Shown here piece by piece: positions 40,216 through 54,382 of a stretch of DNA of 64,000 bases. The DNA comes from Octopus sinensis (taxonomy: Eukaryota), in assembly GCF_006345805.1 (NCBI RefSeq), contig NC_042999.1, positions 84,444,001 through 84,508,000 on the forward strand, written 5' to 3'. Position 1 is the stretch's first letter, and every line of letters starts with the position of its first letter. The position numbers were made by a program, and so were the translations under genes. A model generated the notes under the pieces. The model was not told where the DNA came from. It saw only the letters and a list, made by a program, of their open reading frames with translations, and searched no databases.

Positions 40216-41306
40216 AAGGGTGATGTTTGTGTGTTTGTGTGTATGTATGTATATAATTGTTAACGCATATATTATATATCTATTGTGAATGTGTGTGAGT
40301 GTTGTGGAGATAATCGCTGAAAATAATTTATTGATATATCGACTCCTTCATTACAATTGTTTTAGTAGCCATTTAATAAAAGAAACCATCTCATCAAATG
40401 AAGATATCGAAATATAAGAACAGATTGAAAATATTGTTATTATATATACTAAAATCTCAAAGTACAAATCATACAAGTAATAATAATATAAATAGTTATA
40501 AAAGGATAAGAGGACAGAGAATAGCGATTATAAAATATCAAAATTAGAGGATATTCCAAAAGAAAAAGATATAAATAACAAGTACAAAGATGAAAAGTAA
40601 AAATAAAAATAATTGTAAAATCTGAAATAAACAGAACAGGATAAAAGCAAAACTAAAGAGGAGTCTAGGACAACAAAATTATAGAACTAAACGATAAAAT
40701 AAAAAAAAGTCCAAGGACCCCCAAATGAAGAACAATAAATATAGAATAAAAGCAATAAAAGGAAAAATTACAAAATAATTAAAAGAAATAATAGAGAAAT
40801 GACAAGATATTAAAAAATATGAAACAGAAAAATGTATTGAAATACAAAAGTTGAAAATACAAATATTCAAAAACAGGAATTAAGAAATATAAAAAAGTAA
40901 ACTGTATAGTATTTAGCGATCGACAACAAATAACAAAATAAGAGATAAAACACAATCTTTGTTTGACAAGGGAAGATGAGACGTTTTGTTTTATTAAAAT
41001 ATTGTTGAATCAAGTGTAATGGTAGACTCGAAATGTCTAAACCAAAATTCTGATAATCGTTTAAGTTATTTGAGAGACACTCCCTACTACGTTATAGCCT
41101 GAGACCAAATTATTGCCACTTTGTACGATGAACTATGAGAATATGGGAATTTAACGTGGTATGAATATAGACCCCTAATTCGAATGATAATATGTTACGC
41201 AATTTAGCAATTCTACATACACACACGCACACACGCTACACTCACATACACACATACATATATATGCATATCTTAGCATATATATATACATATATATATA
41301 TATAAT

Positions 41307-41382
<76 letters not shown>

Positions 41383-41634
41383 ATATATATATTATTATTA
41401 TTATTATTATTATTATTTACTTGATTCAGTTATCTGACTGCAGTCATGATGGAACAATACCTTAAAGGTTTTAAGTCGGAAAAATCGCCCCAGGACTTAT
41501 TCTTTGTAAGCCTAGTACTTATTGTATCAGTCTCTTTTACCCAACCGCTAATTCACGGGAACGTATACACACCATCATCGATCGTCAAACGATGGTGGCG
41601 GGGACAAAACACAGCTACAAAGGCATACACACAT

Positions 41635-41713
<79 letters not shown>

Positions 41714-41743
41714 ATAATATATATATATATACATATATATATA

Positions 41744-41801
<58 letters not shown>

Positions 41802-42193
41802 CGACGTGCTTCTTTCGGTTTCCGTCTGCTAAATCCACACACAAGACTTTGGTCAGCCCGATATTAACCTTGTCACTAATGTCTTTCAATATAACGCCTA
41901 CGCAAATTCCATAAACAATTCCTGAATTGAACTGCGACTACTGTCAGCCACTGTCAGCCACTGACCATTCAAAATACGACCATTAAGGCATTCCCAGATT
42001 TCCCCACCCCTCCCCACATCAGCTTCATTATTCTTCACCTATCCTACCAAGAACTCAAAACGACCTCGAACACACAAGTGCAAACAAGGGAGTCAGAGAA
42101 AGGCAGAATGCTACTTATATCTGAACACTACTACAGAAATATTCTTTTAAAAAAACTTTTCTTCTAATTTTTCTAAATTTAATTATTTAATCG

Positions 42194-42237
42194 TTACAGT
42201 TGAAAAGGTCTTAAAATGACCGAAACCGGTACTGAAA
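42194..42237 (+). ncRNA. Minimal hammerhead candidate with U3-A8 core (copy 1)
   Basis: TTACAG-TTGAAAA-GGTC(TTAAAAT)GACC-GAAA-CCG-GTA-CTGAAA. Confidence 0.6.
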
Positions 42238-42282
42238 GATTCACTATAAAATCATCTTAGCATTTTCTATTTTTGACTTGTT

Positions 42283-42318
<36 letters not shown>

Positions 42319-42619
42319 CGGCGTACGTACCCTTTGTTCCCTTTTTATATATATATTATATATATATATATATATATTATTATTATTATTATTATTATTA
42401 TTTACTTGATTCAGTTATCTGACTGCAGTCATGATGGAACAATACCTTAAAGGTTTTAAGTCGGAAAAATCGCCCCAGGACTTATTCTTTGTAAGCCTAG
42501 TACTTATTGTATCAGTCTCTTTTACCCAACCGCTAATTCACGGGAACGTATACACACCATCATCGATCGTCAAACGATGGTGGCGGGGACAAAACACAGC
42601 TACAAAGGCATACACACAT

Positions 42620-42705
<86 letters not shown>

Positions 42706-42706
42706 C

Positions 42707-42744
<38 letters not shown>

Positions 42745-43151
42745 ATATATATATATTTACGACGTGCTTCTTTCGGTTTCCGTCTGCTAAATCCACACAC
42801 AAGACTTTGGTCAGCCCGATATTAACCTTGTCACTAATGTCTTTCAATATAACGCCTACGCAAATTCCATAAACAATTCCTGAATTGAACTGCGACTACT
42901 GTCAGCCACTGTCAGCCACTGACCATTCAAAATACGACCATTAAGGCATTCCCAGATTTCCCCACCCCTCCCCACATCAGCTTCATTATTCTTCACCTAT
43001 CCTACCAAGAACTCAAAACGACCTCGAACACACAAGTGCAAACAAGGGAGTCAGAGAAAGGCAGAATGCTACTTATATCTGAACACTACTACAGAAATAT
43101 TCTTTTAAAAAAACTTTTCTTCTAATTTTTCTAAATTTAATTATTTAATCG

Positions 43152-43195
43152 TTACAGTTGAAAAGGTCTTAAAATGACCGAAACCGGTACTGAAA
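43152..43195 (+). ncRNA. Minimal hammerhead candidate with U3-A8 core (copy 2, in the duplicated unit)
   Basis: Identical to 42194-42237. Confidence 0.6.
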
Positions 43196-43238
43196 GATTC
43201 ACTATAAAATCATCTTAGCATTTTCTATTTTTGACTTG

Positions 43239-43280
<42 letters not shown>

Positions 43281-43303
43281 CGGCGTACGTACCCTTTGTT
43301 CCC

Positions 43304-43347
<44 letters not shown>

Positions 43348-46300
43348 GCCTAGATCCAAAAGTAGCCTAAATCCTGACTTTTTCAACTCTGCTGATTAAA
43401 AACAAGTTGACTGGCTGTTCAAGGAATTTTAAAGGTCTGCAAACATACACCATCCTTAAATGATGACTGGTAGTATTAATGATAAGCTCCAGATTATCTT
43501 AAGTATGTTTTTTACTGTTATTATCATCCCTCTCCCTAATATTGCTACTTTCACTACTCTTATTATTAATATTAATACTATTAATAATGAGCTATAAGTC
43601 TATTATCTAATTCGCTGAATTGATAATTAAATGGCGTTTTCTAGAAATAAAGAAGCAGACACTGCTGCAACACGCGTTTGATGCATTTTTATCGGTCCTA
43701 ACATTAGTAAGGAATATTAAACTGTCGTTTGATAACCATACGCTACATATTCACAAATAATCACAATATGTCCGTTCGTAAAACTTACCCACCATGCTAA
43801 AAAACCATCAGTTAATCAGTACGCAGCCATTTCTCACAGATAAATTAAAGTTTTGTATGCATAGTTGAAAATTTATTCCTTTCCATTTCAGCTCCTTTTC
43901 GGTTAGCCAGTGAAATTAAATTATATTATTTTCTTCCTGGATACAATACAAACTCTGAGAAAATTTTGAGAAAAATACTGTGTATTAAAATTGAATAGTC
44001 TGTCAATAATACCGAGATTATTATTTTAATGTAGAGATTATTATTTCTTATTTAAAATTAATGACATTCATTATTATAAATGCCATTAATCCAACAACAC
44101 TTCACACCCATGTTCTCTAAACAAGACAGCTGACCTTTTTAAAACAATGCATCTCATCCCTCTTGTTGTGTGGATAAAATCGAGCAAAATAGATTAAAAC
44201 TTCTTTTAAATATTGTTTAATCCTTGTTTTGTTCTGTCTGGGTCATAAGCCAGAAATATTCACAGGTCGTTTATTTTAAATATTACAAATCTATTCATTG
44301 TTTGCGAAGTTTTCAAGTCAGATTAAACACATTGCTTCTTAAAAACATTTTTTCAAAAGCTTTTTGTATCAGGATTACATCTTACCAGTTGAGGTAAAAA
44401 TAGGTGGATGCTTATTAATAAGACAGCATTGAAATTGATTTTCGGACAAGGCTAGAACAACAATATGCATGCATCGAAGCCGGATGCTGACTGATTAAGA
44501 GATATCTATGACATGGCGTTTCGCCCAAAAAACTTAGTGTTCACCTAATACGTATAGTAGAAGTGGTTGTTGATTTAACTTATCTTACAATTATTGTTGC
44601 ATAGTAAACCCTGGTCAAATGGAAGCCTGCTTAAATTTCTGTTTTGTCATGTAGACATAACTACATCACCTATTTTATGATATGACGCAAAGAAACGTAA
44701 CTAATTCAGTTTGAATATGAGGGTACGAACACTATTTCAATCTGGACTGGGGTAATACATAATTCTTTGGAAGTACGTGTAACCAACCACCCACTCTCGT
44801 ATATCAATTACATTGAAATGTGCGCGTATATATGTACATGCATGTATTTATATAAGTGTCGTGTATTTTCTCTCTCTTTTTTAAAGTATCGGTTAATTCT
44901 GTCATCCCACATGATTGAATATTCATATACTTATACTACAAACGGATATTTCAATCTTACGTTGAGACATTGTTATATACACAGTTCACATGATATGAAA
45001 ACGTTATTAAAAGAACTATTTATGAAGGAAAGGAATAACGATAATGAAATAAATACGCCATGGAGATAAAGCTGATAATAGGGGAACAGAATGTGAAAGT
45101 GACTGAAATCCCACCTGTTTGAAGTTCAAACAGTAGCAGCGAAATGCAACCGTAAGCTCGATATTCAAGAACGACAAAACAATTTAACATATATATGAAC
45201 TTGGCATACCTGACATAGAAGGTAACTAAAACAACCGGAAAACAAAAGAGAAGGATGAAAGAAAGGAATATGATGGGAATGTCTTTTAAAAACTCGCAAG
45301 TAATTGCATTTTTAACAAATGTTGTGAATTTCTGGTATCGGTGTCACATTAGTACGACGAAAATTATGCCACTCGATCACAACTTCACCTTTCAGAATGG
45401 AAAGAAAAGTGAATACAACGGCTTTTCTTATGATTACGAAACGAAAGCGGTGACTGTTTCGGAAAGTCATCATGACCAATCTTCTAGCGGCACACATACG
45501 CCGGCCAAGTTATCAAGAGTAAGATGATGCTCTTAGACACGTTGGATAAAAAGCTGTTCGTAAGAAAAGGGTGATGTTTAAACAAAGCTACAAGTCAACA
45601 CAGATGCAAAGAAAAAGACAAAAGACATCATCGACAATTTCTGAGATTAAATTCTCCTTAATGCAGAGCGTAAGACATATGTTCTAAATCATGCTGACAT
45701 CATCACATTGTTGATGACAGAGCCGCCGGGAGTGCTCTGGCAACTTATATCCTAAACAGTAAATGAGTTGCCACATCAAAGTGGCAGTATATTGTATGCA
45801 GAACGTTGCATCGAAAACCAGCTGTCAGAGAATCTGCCTAGGGTTAAACTAGTAGTAGCATTCAACTGCCACTTTGATGTTTAATATACGTTACTACTCT
45901 GTTTCTTCTTGAGATTTTCTTTTTGCTTGTGACTTATATCCTATATAATACGTCGTAGGGCGTGTGGGTAATAAATCGGTGTTAAAAGTGCTCTGGATCA
46001 TTTGAATCAGTAAAATGTTTTCGATAGCTTTGACTTAGCAGAGACTAACTTCAGTGAATTAGGACTAGTCCCGTTTCAGAGGCTAGATCGCGTTGATGTT
46101 CAGAGGCATATACTCTGTAGTTAGACTATATTGCCACCTATGGGTGTGGGTTATTAGACATGAAGAGTAAGTACACTTTTGTGCTAAGAATAATCCGAGA
46201 TCTACGGAGATTTATAATTTAAACTCATATTGTTACTTCCTTGTGAGAAGTTTCGTTTCATTTTATGTCATAATATTGCTTTTCATTGCTCTTTTACCAT

Positions 46301-46775
46301 CATCGATGCCAGGTAACGTGATCCACGACCACAACGATAGCATTCTTTGGAAAGTTCCATTGTAATATTCAGTCATCTATCACCCCTTTGCCAAAATAAA
46401 GAATTATTATGATTGGTATTGTTGTTGTTGCTACTGGTTTTGTTATTGTTGTTCATGCCAAACATCTGTTTTTTTCTGCGGTCATTCACATCTTCCGAAA
46501 TTATTATTTCGTTAAACTATTTATTTTAAGTTACATAATTTCCTGGTGGTTTTATTCTAATGTATATTTTTATATTTCTGCTTTCTTCTGGTATTCTATG
46601 ATCTTGTGCGCCAAATATATATTTCTTGTGTCAATATTCATGATAGATTCAATAAAAATTGAGAAATTTAAGACAGAAATGAACAACCGAAAACAAAAAA
46701 AGTGAAAACAGCGGATTATTTAATAAGAGAAAACAGAAATTACAGAAACAACATCCAAATAAATAAAAATTAGGC

Positions 46776-46850
<75 letters not shown>

Positions 46851-47166
46851 AAATATAGAGATTATAAAACACATTTTAAAGCAGTAAATACGTTGATTTT
46901 ATACACAAATACACACACAGATGGGGTAGGTGGTGTTTGCATATTTTTTGTCCAGAGAAAGAGATAGAGAGAGAGGAGGAGAGAGAGAAAGAGAGAGAGA
47001 GAGAGCACATGACAGATAGTAAATGAAGGAGAAAGGGATACATAGATATTTTCAGTTTCAAATATTTTGAGATTTGTTTTTCCTATTACAAAGCTGATCA
47101 GTTCGTTCCAATATACGCGTTCTCACACATGCATATAAGCATATATGCATATATATAAATATAAAC

Positions 47167-47207
<41 letters not shown>

Positions 47208-47499
47208 CGGAATAATAAAAAAGTAGGATTCAGAAAAATCAAGCTGCATTCACGGTAAGCTCCCGTTCAGGATCGGCTCTCTGTTGATGTTGATTCCTCC
47301 GTAGTGTAATTCAATATGTCACTACACAAGAAAATCCAAAACATGTGAAGAATCAATTCTTCTGTAGGGAGTAAATAAAGTATAAGGTTAAAAGGTGTTA
47401 GAAGTGGATATAGATATATACATTAATTTTCCCTGTATAACACACATATGGTACATATGATTACAGCTGTTTCATAACCTTAATCGTGTAGCTTTTACA

Positions 47500-47643
47500 T
47501 TCTAGGTTCAAATTCCGCCGAGGTCGACTTTACCTTTCATACTTTTGGGGTAGATAAATCAAGTACCAGTTGCGAACTGGGTCGATCTAATCGACTGGGC
47601 CCTTCTCCAAAAGTTTCGGGCCTTGTGCCTGAAGTAGAAAAGA
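47500..47643 (+). mobile_element. SINE family A, 5'-truncated
   Basis: ttctaggttcaaattccgccgaggtcgactttacctttcat...gggccttgtgcctgaagtagaaaagaa. Confidence 0.85.
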
Positions 47644-50600
47644 ACCTTAATCATGTAGTGTTATTAATTACAGTATACATTAATATTGATACTCGGCATT
47701 AAACAATACAATTGTTTATTCACGAAATGTTGCAAATAAAGAAAGATAAATTCATCAGATCACCAGATATATACTGGGTATACATACGATTCGACTCTAT
47801 ACCCACAAAATTAAGCCTTTATATGTAAAATGTATGGATAGACAGAATTAGACAAGACCACTGTAATTTCGCCGGTAAAGATAATCAGCTGTGAGAAAGG
47901 CTTGTATTGCCGAATTATGCTTTACGGAAAAATTCACCAATTATGTAACAGCATTCGAATGAAATAAAATAATTTCCAGTCCTTAAATGATGCAAAATAA
48001 TATGACTATATTGTAAAAATTATGAAAAGAATAATGATGAAATCCGCTGATCAGAGGACCAAATAATACGAGTAGTCTGATTAGATGTATACAAGGCTCC
48101 AAAAAGAATTGTGTAAAGTGCCTCAAGACAGGTGGTTACCAGCGAACTTAAGAATTTTGTTCTTCAGTTATCAACATTTATTCTGATTTAAGCCTTGTTC
48201 ACATCCGACCATAGAAATTTCTACTATACTCCCATCCACACACTAAGAAAAATAGGTTTAATATACCTATTCAAATAACCTATAATTTCTCTGTATACCA
48301 CTTACATACACATTCGTATGTGACAGATCTTGTATAATTAATGATAGTGACAGAGTCTAACCAGCCAATTCTTCTTTAGATACTAGAAACACATTGTAGC
48401 CCTTTGCTTCATCAACGACAATATCGTAAAATCCTTGAAATGGCTGGTTAAAATAGATATATATTTTGAACGTTTCTCTTCTTTAAGAAGCGAAAGAGCA
48501 GACGTTAGAAACTTATTATATAAAGTCACAGTGTTTTTACTTTAAATCGCCACGTTTGTGGTGTAGACATTCTAAATCGTTGCCATATTTTTCATAGGTA
48601 CATATTTTCAAATTTCCAAATGAGACTATTCATCCTGATGGTAATTCTGTAATTTAACTTCGCTCTCTTAGATAAAAAAAAACCTCTGGGCCGAAGTAGA
48701 TCCCAGACAAATTATCTAAACCCAGCTATATACGCTAACAATGATTGCTTCTCTATAAACGTAGATGCAAGTCTATTGACGTATTTGGTTTAATCCTTGC
48801 ACTTGTTAACCCACCCACACAAGTACACAGATTATTTTATTCTTACAGATCTCTGGCTGATGAGTATATCTCTCACAAATACGGATACAACCATACTATG
48901 TCCTAGTCCGTTATGTATGGCCCTGGTAAATCTAACATTCGGATGAAATGCACAAATGTCTGAACATGCAGAAGTAATGAGTATAAAAAGCATGTGACTT
49001 ATTGTTTTCTTCTTTGACAGTCATTTACTCAAAATATCAAAACAATAGCGAGCGTATTTTATTTCCGATGTTTATTTTACACTTGTTGGTATTACTTTTG
49101 TGCTCTGATTTTGCACGTTTTTATCGTTATTGTTGCTCACTCGTTTTGTGGTCTGGTTTGAGGAACTTCGGATATTAGTACTTCGGAAACTATACTTGAC
49201 TTTGTCCTTGCACAGTTATTGCACACGAAAATATTAAAATCTATACTGCACTTGTTAGTGGTTTTGTGGAAAATGTTATTTGCAAACGTTTAATGTAATA
49301 TTGGTTTTTCTGAAAAGGTGATTGTATAGTTCGCGACCAATTAGCACAATGCTCGAAACGCTTCGGATTTGAATTACTAGCTCAATAAATTGTAATACAG
49401 TAATAATATTTACTAAGTAATCAATCAGCCTTTATTGAGAATTTTGGGAGTACAATGCTCAGATTCCTTAATTGTTCAGAATATTTAGTAGATCATCAGT
49501 CATTAGTGTAATTGACTAATCGGTAAAAATTAAGAAGTACTTAAGGCTTCATTTAAGACTTCCACTTGCTATTGGATGTATTAGATTTCAGTTAGTTGTA
49601 AGCATTTGGCGGTCACATCACATACATAACAACAATTGCCATTGTTTCTCCATTGCGCTCATCAGTTTCGAATGCCTCTAAAAAGGACATGGAGGCAGCA
49701 ATACCTGCTCTGGTTTTGTCATGAAAAATTACTAAATTACTAATACAGAAATCCAACCGAAATGTTCGCTATTTGTCCTTATACAGCACAATTTATCCTA
49801 TACTTTTACTTTGCTCCGTGTACTAAATAGAAATTTGCTGATGCACATCTCCAATCGTCCCACTTATTCTTGTAATTATATCTGTTTATCGTAAACATTG
49901 GAAATACATCAGAAACAGTGGAGAAAAGGGAATAACAATTTATATATAATCTAAAACCATATTTGTCCCGAGAAACGGATATTTCGTCGAAATTTTCATA
50001 AATGCTTCATAATCCTCCCCAACTCGTTCATACGCTTTTATACATAACCACATAGATTTAAATTCTCACAGTTTCTCACTATTTATATCGTTAATTTTTT
50101 TTTTTTGTTTTCCTTTGAAACGTTTTCATTTTATTTATTCCAATATTTGGTCTTTTAAAAGCAACAATCTTTAGAAAAGAAAGCAATTTCCCTCTTACTC
50201 ATTGAAAGAGTAAAAAAGTCTCTCTTTTGAAAAGTATCAATTGAAATCTATAATTATTTCATATTTCAATACTTTTATAATTGAAGTAACAAAGTAGATA
50301 TAAATGAATAAAAACAAACAAGAAAACAAAAGAAAATACGAAAAGGAACACAATGAACCAACCGGAATTTTAATCGAAAAATATCATTTAATTGTATACT
50401 CAAGTTTTGTGTATTCAAATGAAAGATTACCAGAAATGGTGATGCTTATACAAAATAAATCGAGAGTGCGTTTCTTTTTTCTTTCTTTGATTCCTCATTA
50501 TATTATTTCCTATATTTACCTTATTTTTCTTTTTGTTTTCCTATTACCACATTCTGTTTTCAAATTCTAGACTACATTGGTTTTTGCCGCTTATGTATTT

Positions 50601-52020
50601 CGTTGCTCACTTAGTTGTTGATGTTTTCTTTCCTCTTGTGTTTTTTTTTTATCTTTTTTTCTTTCTTCAATAATCTGTAATGGATGTGGAGTTGATAAAA
50701 TAAGCTATCAGGCCTGAGTTTCATTGTTCTTTAATATTTCATTTTGCTCTACAATTTTGTTATTTTTTTCTACCTTGTTCTTTCTAATAATAAATTTACC
50801 AGCAAAGAATGAGATATTTTAGCCTTTTATGCTGAGCAACTGTTTACCATTTTAATTGTCTTTACTTTGAGAGAATACGGTATAACAAACAAATAACAAA
50901 CAGACAAAAGAAGATGATGGATTAGTTTATAAGATTCAATAAGATGCGCTCATTGTGAGAAAAGGTACATGCCTAGTGGGGAGAGGCTGGGATAGGGAAG
51001 TCATTTAGTATCATTACAAAAGAATGAAACGAAAGAAATATCGATAAATGTCTTAAACATGAAATATGTAGAGAAGCCAATAAGGAATGATCGATAGTAT
51101 ATACATCGAACCACATTGTATTTCATCTCAAGTTCATTTTTGTTGAATAAGAGATGTGTAGGGAGAAAAATTGTTCTTACATTTATTTTCAGTAAGATGG
51201 AGAACGATGTGTGAGAAAATGGAAAAAAGAAAACTTAGCAAAAACCAAACAACAGAGACGATGTTTCAATCGCAGCATAAGAATCCACCATCTTCAATCT
51301 TCTCATTGATTCGAAGATTGTACAATATTGATTATATTCAGACAATAGATTGTGAAGAAAAAAAAATGAAAATCGAGATTATGTATATATACTTATATAG
51401 CATAAGTGCGTGATGTTAAGTTCTTGATATTGATACTTTAATGCTTGTACCCGCTATACTGTTTCGATACGTAATTCGAATTATTTCCAATATGCCGAAA
51501 TTTCATTTGTGGCAAACATGAACGTTGCATACCATTATTCGCCATCATTAATAAATTGTTAAAAAGTTTTTCGGTGCCCCAGCATGGCCACAGCTCGTGA
51601 GCTGAAACTAGATAAAATGAAAAAAAACGAAAAAACGTATCACACTGCATGTAGATATTTGATTTCATACATGTGTGCAAGTGTTTGAAAAAGTCATAGT
51701 TTTGTCAGCATAGATTGATCAGAATCGGAATTAAAGGTAGCACATTAATAAGCCTTTAAGACTTTGTGCATGTAGGAGGAAATTATCGAATATGCCCCTA
51801 CCTGCTGAAGTCCCTAAATATGACGACACAAAACAATGGCTGCGATATATATTCGCATTTAAGCCTTTCTAAACAGACACACTTATGTACACACACACAC
51901 GTAATGATACATGTATACACTAGCACAAACACATACATACATAAATATGTACATACGTATATAAATATATACATATATATATACATATATATATATATAC
52001 ACACACACATATATATACAT

Positions 52021-52072
<52 letters not shown>

Positions 52073-52474
52073 ATGTATATTATATGCACACATATACATA
52101 TACACATATATATATATACATATACATACATGTGTGTGTTCGTGCGTGCGTGCGTGTGTGTTTCTAATTTTCTTCATGTTTGGCCCTAAAATTTTCGAAA
52201 ATATTTATTCATACAATACGATTCCATCAGTACATAATATGAAATGTTATCACAATGCTACCGTATTTCTCGAACTGTGGTCCAGTGAAACGCGCAGAAA
52301 ACTGAGTATCATTTGAATACAACCTTTACGAATATTTTAAAATAAGAAATGTTATGCTATTTCATTTCTATTATTTCGGATGTATTTGTAAGCTTATACA
52401 AGAAAGACTCCGCAATCTTTATGTTTCAATACACACACATATACACATATACATACATACACACACACACACAT

Positions 52475-52511
<37 letters not shown>

Positions 52512-52662
52512 AGCACAAATAAAGGTTACAAACCTTATTCAGGGACAATAAAATCCTATGTGAGTACTGGTTACTTACCTATACAAAGAATATTGAACAT
52601 TACAATTAATAGTCAACTGCAAGGTAACTATATAAACCGTGGTTTATATATATTTATTTAAA

Positions 52663-53264
52663 ATAATACGATGAGAAAATAGAGGGGTAATTAATAAATA
52701 ATTTATTAATTAAAAATTGACAAATATCCTTTACAGCTGTTTCAATTCGAGACCTTCAGAAAATTAATTAATTAAATTAAAAATTATTCGCAAGTGTAAT
52801 CTCTTCAGAGGTAGTTAATGATATACAAAATAGATGTTTAATTCCTGAATGTTGAGAAAACAGCTGCAAAGCGTCAACTGATAAACTTTATACATAAAGA
52901 ACATAGTATAAAAATGGTAGAGATCTTAGAAGCCTTCTTATATTTAACACTCTAGATGAATATATTGTAACATTCTTACTTTACAACTCCAGTATACACA
53001 ACCTTACTCTACCATTTTTATAGTATGTTCATTATGTATAAATTTTACCAGTTAACGATTAGCAATCATTTTCTCAACATGCAGGAATTAAACACCTATT
53101 TTGTATATCTTTAAGTGCTTCTGAAGAGATACGACTTTCAAATAATTTTAAATTTAATTAATTAATTTTCTGAAGGTTTGGAATTGAAACGGCTGTAAGG
53201 GATGTTTGTCAATTTTATAATTAATAAATAACAATTCATTAATTGCCTCTCTATTTTCTCATTT

Positions 53265-53270
<6 letters not shown>
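52663..53270. repeat. Fold-back: ~260-bp inverted arms (52663-52922 / 53007-53270) with an 84-bp spacer; each arm carries a decayed hammerhead-like motif
   Basis: Arms align by eye along their full length with scattered substitutions. CTGAAGA at 53121 and GAAACGGCTGTA at 53186; GAAACAGCTGTA on the minus strand of the left arm. Confidence 0.85.
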
Positions 53271-53302
<32 letters not shown>

Positions 53303-53339
53303 GCTGCATGACTTCCTTAACGACAGAAGTCAGGTAGTT

Positions 53340-53640
53340 GCAGCCAATAGTGCCCTTTCTGAGGAAAATCAAATCCCAAATTATGTCTTACAGAGAACTC
53401 TTCTGGGACCATTACTGTTTATAATCGCTCCCTAGACGTGTCCACGGTTACTCGGACAGCCACTGTCATTAGCTATGCCGATGATACAATATTATCACAG
53501 GCAATAAAATACCAAGATAACATTGCAAGCTAAGAGAGGGACCTGAATTTGATATACAAGTAGGCCAAAATAAACATGCAGGTTAGTGCTGGAAAAATTT
53601 AAGCACTGCAATCAGCTCACGAATGCACTACAGTCTGCAT
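53340..53640 (+). pseudogene. Short CR1/L2-like RT fragment
   Basis: LGPLLFII...SYADDTILSQ (tatgccgatgat at 53474-53485)...RDLNLIYK*AK.N.MQ.S..KF. Confidence 0.7.
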
Positions 53641-53759
53641 ATACAGGTTCCAAATTTAGTATTGGCTGGATTGCTAGGCTGTAAGGGTCTTTCGCAGATC
53701 TGACCTATAGAGATGAAGGGTCTATTACTCGTTGCCTCTTGCTAAATCTGATATATGTA

Positions 53760-53905
53760 CATACGACTAGCTTTCAGTTTCCGTCTACCAAATCCAGTCA
53801 CAGGGCTTTGGTCAGCTCGTTGGGCTATGACAGAAGTTGCCACTCAGTGGAACTGAATCCAGAGCCATGTGGTTGGAAATCAAACGTCTTGCCACACAGC
53901 CACAC
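53760..53905 (-). mobile_element. SINE family B head fragment
   Basis: tttcagtttccgtctaccaaatcc...gccatgtggttgg...ccacacagccacacc matches 26529-26686. Confidence 0.75.
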
Positions 53906-53966
53906 CAATAATTGGTCATTTTAAGTGAATTGTTTTGAAATATATATACATATATGTATATATATA

Positions 53967-54047
<81 letters not shown>

Positions 54048-54080
54048 AGTTCAGCATGTTAAAAGGACCATTATAATAAT

Positions 54081-54337
54081 TATAATTATACTCATAATTA
54101 AATAAAGTGTTGTTCAGCAAAAAAAATTGCTTTGCCACTTAGAAATAGCAGCCAAAAAAATTAGCTATTTCTTCTACCATAAGAAGAATCCTTTTGAGTA
54201 TACAGTGTCTTGGAGATTCTTCTTATAGTAGAAGAAATAGCTAAGTTTTTGGCTGCTATTTCTAAAAGTTCGGTATGTGGCAAAGCAATTTCTTTTTGCT
54301 GAACCCTAACTATAATTATACTCATAATTATATAAAG

Positions 54338-54338
<1 letters not shown>
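54081..54338. repeat. Hairpin element (arms 54112-54190 / 54215-54304) flanked by 28-bp direct repeats (54081-54108 / 54311-54338)
   Basis: The direct repeat tataattatactcataatta(a/t)ataaagt has 1 mismatch. The right arm has an ~11-bp insertion. Confidence 0.85.

Positions 54339-54382
<44 letters not shown>

Larger units (their letters stand above)
41391..43342. repeat. Near-perfect tandem duplication of a ~960-985-bp unit (SINE B, putative pLTR fragment with hammerhead, microsatellites)
   Basis: Unique sequence is identical by eye at offsets 985, 958 and 962; only microsatellite lengths differ. Confidence 0.93.

Noticed and set aside
40380-40920. Strongly A-rich strand-skewed tract (also 22.3-22.65k and 28.2-28.35k)
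   Set aside because: Low complexity with no periodicity or ORF support.
47455-47475. ttacagctgtttc (GAAACAGCTGTA on the minus strand); a similar motif occurs near 62300
   Set aside because: Only the stem III half is present, with no CUGANGA or stem II nearby.
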